Positions 57,959 through 64,000 of a stretch of DNA of 64,000 nucleotides are shown one piece after another. A program made the position numbers and the translations under genes. The notes below the pieces were generated by a model. The model had not been told where the DNA came from. It was given only the letters and a program-made list of their open reading frames with translations, and did no database searches. Each line of letters starts with the position of its first letter. Positions within the stretch are counted from its first letter, which is position 1. Origin of the DNA: Longimicrobiales bacterium (GTDB lineage Bacteria > Gemmatimonadota > Gemmatimonadetes > Longimicrobiales > Gaopeijiaceae); the NCBI GenBank assembly GCA_965208295.1, contig OZ242328.1, forward strand, positions 1,568,220 to 1,632,219, written 5' to 3'.

Positions 57959-59050
57959 ATGACCAGTTTGGCCCGCGCGATGATGTCCATGCTCCTGGTC
58001 CTGCCGGTAGCCGGCGGCGCGGGGGATTCGGATCCGCCGGGCGCCGAATTGCCCGCCGGCAATGTCCATCCGAGCCAGCTCCCGTGGGACCGCATCGACA
58101 CGGTCGCCGTGTTGGGGAGCGGCCCGATGTGGGATGAGCCGCCCTTCTACCAGGTATTCGATGCCGTCCTCGACAACGAGGGGGACGCCGTCTTCCTGGT
58201 CAACGGAGGCGATGGCGAGCTCATTCGATACGATATCGGCAGTGGGCGGACCAGTCGCATCGGCAGGCGAGGCTCGGGGCCGGGCGAGTTCGGGCGGCCG
58301 GTCTGGCTGGAACCCCACGGCCCGGACTCGCTGCTGGCATACGACATGAGTCTCGGCCGCTTCTCCGTCTTTTCCCGATCGGGCGACTTCGGCCGGATCT
58401 TCACGCTGCCCGGGGACGGGGGCAGGGGGAGAGACGTCGCGGCGATGACCCGGATGGGCGGGAGGGTCTGGGCGGCGCTGTCATTGGGGGCACCGCCCGG
58501 GCTCATGGGGTTGGCAACGCCGCCCGGCACGAAGGCCCGCGACACCGTGGCCGTTCTCGAAGTGACCCCCGAGGGTGGTGTCTCGAACACGGTCGCCCGC
58601 GTCCCTCACGGCCTGTGGGAGCGGGGGCCCGATACGGGATCCTTCGAGCTCATTCGCGACGAACATGCCGCCTGGGCGACGATTGCCGGAGGAGGGGGAC
58701 GGCTCTTCGTGGCGACCTTCGGCGGGGATTCGCTGGAGGTGTCCGCCTATCGCGCGGGCGACGGTGCGGGCGAATTGGCCCGCTATCCGGTTGAGTTGAC
58801 GGGGTTGCCGCGGCGGGGGTTGCGCGGGATGCTCGCGAGCCGGGAGGGGTCGTTGTGGGTCGTGGAAGAGGCGGACGAATCCACGGTGTTTCATGTGTTT
58901 GGGGAGTCGGGGGGTGGGTGGATTCGGCAGGGGAGGCTTAGGTTCGGCGGGACGGCGCGGATTCTGGATGTGTCGGGGGACAGGGCTGTGTTTCTGCATT
59001 TTGACGAGTTGGACCGGGAGACGGTGGTGGTTGGGCGGGCGGGGGGGTGA
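57959..59050 (+). CDS. Beta-propeller (NHL-like) secreted protein, paralog of 39652-40791
   Basis: Signal peptide MTSLARAMMSMLLVLPVAGGAG. GSGPGEFGRPVWLEPHGPDSLLAYD...-type blades. The C-terminal third is duplicated at 52750-53196. Confidence 0.7.
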   Translation: MTSLARAMMSMLLVLPVAGGAGDSDPPGAELPAGNVHPSQLPWDRIDTVAVLGSGPMWDEPPFYQVFDAVLDNEGDAVFLVNGGDGELIRYDIGSGRTSRIGRRGSGPGEFGRPVWLEPHGPDSLLAYDMSLGRFSVFSRSGDFGRIFTLPGDGGRGRDVAAMTRMGGRVWAALSLGAPPGLMGLATPPGTKARDTVAVLEVTPEGGVSNTVARVPHGLWERGPDTGSFELIRDEHAAWATIAGGGGRLFVATFGGDSLEVSAYRAGDGAGELARYPVELTGLPRRGLRGMLASREGSLWVVEEADESTVFHVFGESGGGWIRQGRLRFGGTARILDVSGDRAVFLHFDELDRETVVVGRAGG

Positions 59051-59138
59051 TTTGGTGGTTGGCGTGGACCGATTTGGCGGGGTCTGGAAGGCGAAGATGC
59101 CTCCGGCGGTTGCTCTCCTCCAACATGTCTCAGCAGGA

Positions 59139-59175
59139 TGTGTAAGGATTACACACTGCCACGCGACTGCCAGCC
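59139..59175 (+). repeat. Island repeat, copy D (TGTGTAA-GGA-TTACACA + CTGCCACGCGACTGCC)
   Basis: Same core and same orientation as the other copies, 89 nt after the propeller-gene stop. Confidence 0.5.
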
Positions 59176-59492
59176 CCTGAGCCCCATGACGATGACTACG
59201 CAGACCCCATAAGGGAGGGCCAGGACGATGCTCCAGTGCTACCTGCGAGCCGATCCATACCACCTCGGGAAGGTCTTCTGAACACCGCCGAAAGGGCCGT
59301 TCCTAGCCCATACTTGGCGCGAATCCGATCCCCGGAATCCTCACGCTTATCAGGTGTCTCCCAGATGGCGTGAATCCCGGCAAGAAATCGTCTAAAGTCT
59401 TACAGGACTGCACGATCTGCCGTTCTTGCCGTGAGACCGTGATCGGGCCTGTCGTGCCCGAACAGCGGGAATCTTGTCGCTGGGTTTTGCGC

Positions 59493-60323
59493 CTATGCGG
59501 TGCGGTGGGCAGGGCGGTTCGCCTGAACCGCGCGGATGAATTGCTCGCCGAAAGGGGTGACCTCTAGGATGCCTTTGTCGACGTACAGGGCTTCCTCGTC
59601 GCGCGCACGTGCTACAAGGGCACGGCGATCCTGCACCGTGTATTCAGGATGTGTCTTCACCCAATCGTAGGCATCGTCTGACCCAAGCTTGCGCGCATAG
59701 GTAACAGATACCAACCCGAGTCGCTCCCAGTTCACAATCGCTTCGGGCAACCCCTGCGGTATGTAGACTTGCTCTCCGTTGTCGTCGCGCGTATCCAGCA
59801 GTGCGGGCAGCGCCGTCGTTCGCAGCCTTCCGTCGTGACGATACACCAAGTTCACTATTGGGACCCTGCGGCGAAGAGCATACCTGTTGAAAAAGCGAGC
59901 ATCGCCTGGTGATAGCTCATGGATGATCTTGGCAAAAGCAGGATGAGCCTTCGCTGCCGTGCTGCTGTCCATCGCCGTTGCCAGCAGGCTCAGGTACATC
60001 TCCCTGAGCTCCGATTCTTCGTGCGAATAGGCTAAGCCCTCAACAGCCTTCGCCGCGACAAATGGTTCCGGTTCGACCAACCGTTGCTCGGGTATCGTGG
60101 CCAGGCGCTCTGCCATTTCAGCGGGAAACTTGCGCTCGAAGTAGACTCTCGCCTTGCCGTAGGCGTGATGCACGGCAGCCAACGGAAGCAACCCGACCTC
60201 GATCGTCGTCGCTACGTTGCGGGCCGTCCGAGCCAACGATAGCCCTGCTTCCCTCAGTTCCTCGGAACCCTCTGCTTCCGAGAGGACGGCTTTCACGATG
60301 CCCGAAACGTCCTTGACTGCCAT
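59493..60323 (-). CDS. Abi-alpha (DUF4393) abortive-infection-family protein
   Basis: ...PEQRLVEPEPFVAAKAVEGLAYSHEESELREMYLSLLATAMD...AHPAFAKIIHELSPGDARFF... matches the Abi_alpha pattern from memory. Single gene in a lower-GC stretch. Confidence 0.65.
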   Translation of the reverse strand: MAVKDVSGIVKAVLSEAEGSEELREAGLSLARTARNVATTIEVGLLPLAAVHHAYGKARVYFERKFPAEMAERLATIPEQRLVEPEPFVAAKAVEGLAYSHEESELREMYLSLLATAMDSSTAAKAHPAFAKIIHELSPGDARFFNRYALRRRVPIVNLVYRHDGRLRTTALPALLDTRDDNGEQVYIPQGLPEAIVNWERLGLVSVTYARKLGSDDAYDWVKTHPEYTVQDRRALVARARDEEALYVDKGILEVTPFGEQFIRAVQANRPAHRTA

Positions 60324-60639
60324 TGAATCCTCTCCCTTTGTTTCCGTTTCTCGAGAGCCTTCCAGCTAGATGACTTCTCTTTCTTCAGATCGCCGGTCGC
60401 GTATCGCCTCGTCGTAGGCGGTAAAGGTATCACGGTTCGGTTGGCCGGGAGGCATCTACTATCTCGGGATTCGCGGCGATCAGCCGGAGTTGAACCGCAA
60501 GGCCGAAGCCGAGCCCAGTGCCCGCTCACGCTGGGAACGCTTTCCCCCAAGAGGCGACCTCCACCCAAAGCGGCGGTGCCCGTAGGTACGATCGAGCCGT
60601 GATGGCGATACTCCTCGGGCTTTTCGGCAGGTACCGAAG

Positions 60640-60765
60640 ACCCGAAACACTTTCCCAGCGTGACTGGGACCGGTTCATCCACGCCCGGCCCGCAGGGAAG
60701 GTCGGGCCGAGCGAGACGCCGGTGTCCGACCTCACGGTCGAGCACGACCTATCGAGACAAGGGTG
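60640..60765 (+). pseudogene. Short remnant of a tyrosine-recombinase (integrase) N-terminal region
   Basis: ETLSQRDWDRFIHARPAGKVGPSETPVSDLTVEHDL resembles the N-terminal SAM-like domain of phage-type integrases. No catalytic domain follows; the mrr 3' end starts at 60827. Confidence 0.35.
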
Positions 60766-60826
60766 GCGATGCCGAGCATCTGCCGCGCCGACATGGCCGA
60801 GTCACCTCCAGACCCTCGACCCATCT

Positions 60827-61678
60827 TCAAAGCTCGGCGAAGAACCCCGGCTGAGGTCTGGTCGACTCCACCAACTCCGTGCTTACCCCGAGCTCGAGCT
60901 GCTTCAGGAGCCCGCAGAGATCCACTCCGTCAATGAGGTCGATGGCTGGCGCTCCGTCTCTTACGGCTTCCCGGGCTGCATCCCTCGTGAACCTGCCCGT
61001 CGTCATGAACAGCCCCTTGTCTGCGCGGCCGACCATTGCACCTCTGAAGTCGCGGATCTCGCGTGCTCCCACCGAACCCGCATACCTCTTGCACTGAAAT
61101 CGCACGTGAAACGAAATGAGATTGACCCGCAGCACCCCGGCCCCGTCGATACCTCCGTCACCAGACCGGCCCGTTACCGAGACTTTCGTGAAGCCCGATT
61201 CCCTCAGGATACGCTGACAAAGACGCTCGAAGGCGTCAGGCTCCAAGTCCCGCAAGATAGCCAACAGATCTTCCTTCCAGTCGCTCTCGCTCGATGTCTC
61301 GGAATCCTCGGAGGGGACGACAGGTGCCGGCTTGACGCGGTTGCGTTGGCGCCGCCTGCGCTCCTTGCGGACGAGATCCCGCACCTTCTCCTCCGAAGGA
61401 ATCGCCCGGCCAGCCGGAGTGATCGTCCAAACACCCCGTGCGGTGTTGTTGACTGCATCGACCCACTTGAGGTTGGTCCGTGCCCACGCGAGACGGTAGG
61501 CAACTTCTGTCTGCGAACCGTCGTTGTGGGGGATGTCGGAAACCTCATCCGGCAAAGCCAGGTCTCGCGTGACGTGTTCCAGGAGTTCCTGGATGGACGC
61601 GGAACCGCCGCTGTTCTTCAACGCCGCCAGTGTCGGCCAGAGCAAGTCGTCGTAGGTGGGTATGCCTTGGGCCGTCAC
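60827..61678 (-). CDS. mrr: Mrr-family restriction endonuclease (Mrr_N winged helix + Mrr_cat)
   Basis: N-terminal IPTYDDLLWPTLAALKNSGGSASIQELLEHV. Catalytic GRSGDGGIDGAGVL...VRFQCKRY (D...QxK). ...GLFMTTGRFT.... Confidence 0.85.
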   Translation of the reverse strand: MTAQGIPTYDDLLWPTLAALKNSGGSASIQELLEHVTRDLALPDEVSDIPHNDGSQTEVAYRLAWARTNLKWVDAVNNTARGVWTITPAGRAIPSEEKVRDLVRKERRRRQRNRVKPAPVVPSEDSETSSESDWKEDLLAILRDLEPDAFERLCQRILRESGFTKVSVTGRSGDGGIDGAGVLRVNLISFHVRFQCKRYAGSVGAREIRDFRGAMVGRADKGLFMTTGRFTRDAAREAVRDGAPAIDLIDGVDLCGLLKQLELGVSTELVESTRPQPGFFAEL

Positions 61679-61744
61679 CGGTCAGCCTCCTGTCCTATTG
61701 GTGTCCCGCCGAATCGAACTCGCATGTTGAAACTCCCATCGGGA

Positions 61745-63064
61745 TCATAACACACCACTCTCGGCTTCGAGTTTGCGAACCGCGTTCGACGCGCGTCGAT
61801 CGTTGCGAGGGAGAAGCTCCTGCGGTCGATGGCCATCTAGCAGCTCGGCGAGCACCCTGCCGTGAGCTTTGGTGAAGCGCGGCGGCACAGCCTCTCCGAT
61901 CATCTCTCTCACAAGACCCGAGCGGGACTTGGCGTCGCCTTCGCCCCATTCGAAATCTCCTGGCAAGGTTTGCAGCTTCTGACACTCAAGCGGGCTCAGG
62001 ACGCGGTTTTCGTAGGGATGGATCGTCCGATCACTCCCGATCCGGTTGCTGGCAGTGGTGATCGTCGCTGCGGGGCGGTTAGGTGACAGTCTCCTATAGC
62101 TCGACCGGCGAAATCCTCTCACCAGCCGAGCCCGGCCGTTCTCGACGACATGGGGACGCAGCAACCGAGCGTTGCACCTAGGACAACAGGCGAGATGACG
62201 CGGGAGTCCCGAGCCACTGCAGTCGGGGCATTCGTCGTTTTCCCATGCGCTGGCCCCGCCGCCCGCGGGGATTGCCGCCACCATACGGTACCGCTCCGGA
62301 CTCCATACCGGGACGAAGTGAAGGGATCGGTCGGAGCGCGCCGAGGAGACCGAGCTGGCGTCCAGCGCGGGGAGTTCGAACGAGTCCAACGCCTCACCCA
62401 AGGAAATGGGCTCGCCCCCGTGATCCGGCGCATGGGTGGGTGTCGGATAAGGAACTGTGCCAGATTCTTCCAGGAACTGAAGACACCCCTCACCCCGCCG
62501 CACGAACGTGATGAAGGACCGCACCCTGGTTTGCGGCACACCGTAGTCCGCCAAGTCCGACACTAGGGGGTAGGCCACATACTGGTCCTTCAGCAGCGAG
62601 ATCAGAAGCGCAGCTGCCGACACGGCTCTCTGTGTGCGAGGGTCCCGGACCTTTCTCGTCAGGAATGCTCGTACGTTCTCCACCACGATTGCCCGCGGCG
62701 CGAGAGCAGTGGCCACCTCGGCGATCGGGACTACCAATAGGTTCCGCATGTCCCTCGCGCCTGCGTCCGCGTCCTGCCCCATTCCTCTTCTCGCATTGGC
62801 GGTCGAAAGACCCTGACATGGGGGGCACGCCGCCAACAGTGCGGGAGCCTCTTGATCCCCCCGGTCACGGTAGGCCGCAACGACATCCGGCCAAGTATGT
62901 CGTAGGTCGCCAGGAATGACGGAAGCATTCGGCAAGTTCAGGGCGGCAACCGCGAGTCGACGGCGGTCGATCTCGGCCAACACCTCGAACCGAAAGCCCG
63001 CCTCGGCGAACCCGACATCGCCCGCTCCGCAATTCGTGAAGAGGCTAACGGCACTCAGAATCAT
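61745..63064 (-). CDS. dcm: DNA (cytosine-5) methyltransferase
   Basis: Motif I LFTNCGAGDVGF, motif IV CPPCQGLS, motif VI VVENV, motif VIII QTRVRSF, motif IX RVLSPLECQKLQTLP, motif X GEAVPP. The variable region carries a CPDC...CCPRC Zn-ribbon-like insert. Confidence 0.9.
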   Translation of the reverse strand: MILSAVSLFTNCGAGDVGFAEAGFRFEVLAEIDRRRLAVAALNLPNASVIPGDLRHTWPDVVAAYRDRGDQEAPALLAACPPCQGLSTANARRGMGQDADAGARDMRNLLVVPIAEVATALAPRAIVVENVRAFLTRKVRDPRTQRAVSAAALLISLLKDQYVAYPLVSDLADYGVPQTRVRSFITFVRRGEGCLQFLEESGTVPYPTPTHAPDHGGEPISLGEALDSFELPALDASSVSSARSDRSLHFVPVWSPERYRMVAAIPAGGGASAWENDECPDCSGSGLPRHLACCPRCNARLLRPHVVENGRARLVRGFRRSSYRRLSPNRPAATITTASNRIGSDRTIHPYENRVLSPLECQKLQTLPGDFEWGEGDAKSRSGLVREMIGEAVPPRFTKAHGRVLAELLDGHRPQELLPRNDRRASNAVRKLEAESGVL

Positions 63065-64000
63065 CAGGACTCTACTCGCGTCCGAGACGTGTTAGCGGAT
63101 GCGGGAGTGCTCTGTTCCTGATCCTTCTCCCGGACGGCGTCAAAGTGCTCCTCCATTCGGAAGTCGCCTTCACCCCGTTCCGCGAGGATGTATAGGAAGT
63201 CCCTCCAACCTGATTCGGCTTGGTCTAGGAGCGCCTCCCAGTCGAGAGCGTACATGTCGTCACGTACCATCGCATCGATCTTGTCGGTGAACTCGGGCTC
63301 CTTGTTCAGGCGATCCGCGACGATGTACCCAGTGATTTGTCGGAATCTTGCCCCAGTGACCGGTCTGACCCGTGACCTGATAGATCGGACGTACAGTTCA
63401 AAGCGCGAAAGATGCTCCCAGTCGACTGCCAGCCCTGGTCGCACGAACTCCAAGACAAGCAGATGGCGACCGCTGGCCATCGTTAGGTCTACCCTGCCCC
63501 TGTACACATCAGCCGACAGTTCGGCCGTCGCGGCAGCCTCCTCAATGGTCCCGCGCAGGCCGGACTCCTTCTTGAAAGTCTCCCACTCAGGTGAGATGAG
63601 CCATGGGTTTTTCGCGATGAAGTCCCGCACGGCGTTTTCCAGTTCCTTCGCCTCGATCCGTCTCCTTAGACCTTGGATTGCCTCCAGCTTGGTGTGGACC
63701 ACTTCCACTGTTTGGAGAGCCGTTAGGACCCGCGCTTCCACCAGCACGTCAAGGAGTGCTGACTCGTCCAAGTTTTCCGATTCAGCGATCTCGGCAATAA
63801 GCTCCTTGAGGCGTCCCTGCTCCCAGGCTGCCAAAACGGCTCCCCCCAAGTTGTCAAACTGCTCTTGGGATAGGGTTGGGATGGTGCCTAGCGCGGTCAG
63901 CGCTCGCTTTACGATCTTTCTCTCGTGTTTCTGCAGGCGCTCCAGACGGGCGGCGAAGCCCACGAGCTTCTCTTCGAGACGTCTCGTCTTCTCCTCAGCC
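63064..64000 (-). CDS. C-terminal part of a larger protein: coiled coil + DUF4263 (Shedu/NucS-like PD-(D/E)xK) domain; N-terminus lies outside the window
   Basis: The frame stays open to position 64000 (...AEEKTRRLEEKLVGFAARLERLQ...). FIAKNPWLISPEWETF...RGRVDLTMASGRHLLVLEFVRPG is the DUF4263 pattern. The stop shares one base with the dcm start. Confidence 0.6.
   Translation of the reverse strand, partial: AEEKTRRLEEKLVGFAARLERLQKHERKIVKRALTALGTIPTLSQEQFDNLGGAVLAAWEQGRLKELIAEIAESENLDESALLDVLVEARVLTALQTVEVVHTKLEAIQGLRRRIEAKELENAVRDFIAKNPWLISPEWETFKKESGLRGTIEEAAATAELSADVYRGRVDLTMASGRHLLVLEFVRPGLAVDWEHLSRFELYVRSIRSRVRPVTGARFRQITGYIVADRLNKEPEFTDKIDAMVRDDMYALDWEALLDQAESGWRDFLYILAERGEGDFRMEEHFDAVREKDQEQSTPASANTSRTRVES

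Noticed and set aside
43607-59175. Island repeats considered as integron attC sites (a cassette array lacking an integrase).
   Set aside because: I could not find the RYYYAAC / GTTRRRY core sites at the ends of the inverted repeats. No intI-like gene is in the window, and the modules between copies are far larger than typical cassettes. The idea of a recombination site of another kind is kept as a hypothesis in the findings.
60293-60745. 150-aa minus-strand ORF between the Abi-alpha gene and mrr.
   Set aside because: No recognisable motif, biased Arg/Pro/Gly composition and no SD. It overlaps the integrase-like remnant on the opposite strand.

Overview
High-GC bacterial chromosomal fragment. 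I found no rRNA, tRNA or CRISPR array. Positions 1 to about 40.8 kb are densely packed housekeeping and envelope operons, often with translationally coupled genes (4-nt ATGA/GTGA overlaps). They comprise: a herA - sbcD - sbcC - nurA-like DNA-end-processing operon; a Tat-signal aminotransferase plus TonB-dependent receptor; DUF885, DinB, an MsbA-like ABC exporter and a TPR lipoprotein; a lipoprotein - histidine kinase - sigma54 response regulator operon; sseA; HU; a Zn alcohol dehydrogenase; an LPS-core cluster (waaA divergent from GT9-GT4-GT2-class V aminotransferase-secreted Zn metalloprotease); and a SulP/STAS/cNMP transporter - PQQ dehydrogenase - TRAP (Q-M-P) operon. From about 40.8 kb to the end the window becomes an accessory/defence island of visibly patchier GC. 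It holds three type II TA pairs (DinJ/YafQ and two VapBC), a decayed AbiE module, a 1483-aa surface protein built from nine near-identical 255-bp Big_2 repeats, and an ISNCY (IS1202-group) element with a 17-bp target duplication splitting an MpaB-like gene. It also holds an IS21 element with a 5-bp duplication, several gene fragments (hsdR, vapC, mpaB, squalene-synthase, integrase and GT-like remnants), an Abi-alpha gene, and an operon of a partial DUF4263 (Shedu-type) protein, Dcm and Mrr. The signals I rate most worth follow-up are: (1) the archaeal-style herA-mre11-rad50-nurA gene order; (2) a two-palindrome 39-bp AT-rich motif present twice, about 35 kb apart; (3) a co-oriented repeat built on TGTGTAA-N3-TTACACA, present four times at module boundaries in the island, one copy hit by IS21; (4) the DUF4263-Dcm-Mrr cluster, which pairs a cytosine methyltransferase with a methylation-dependent nuclease. 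All functional calls rest on motif recognition by eye, with no database search.
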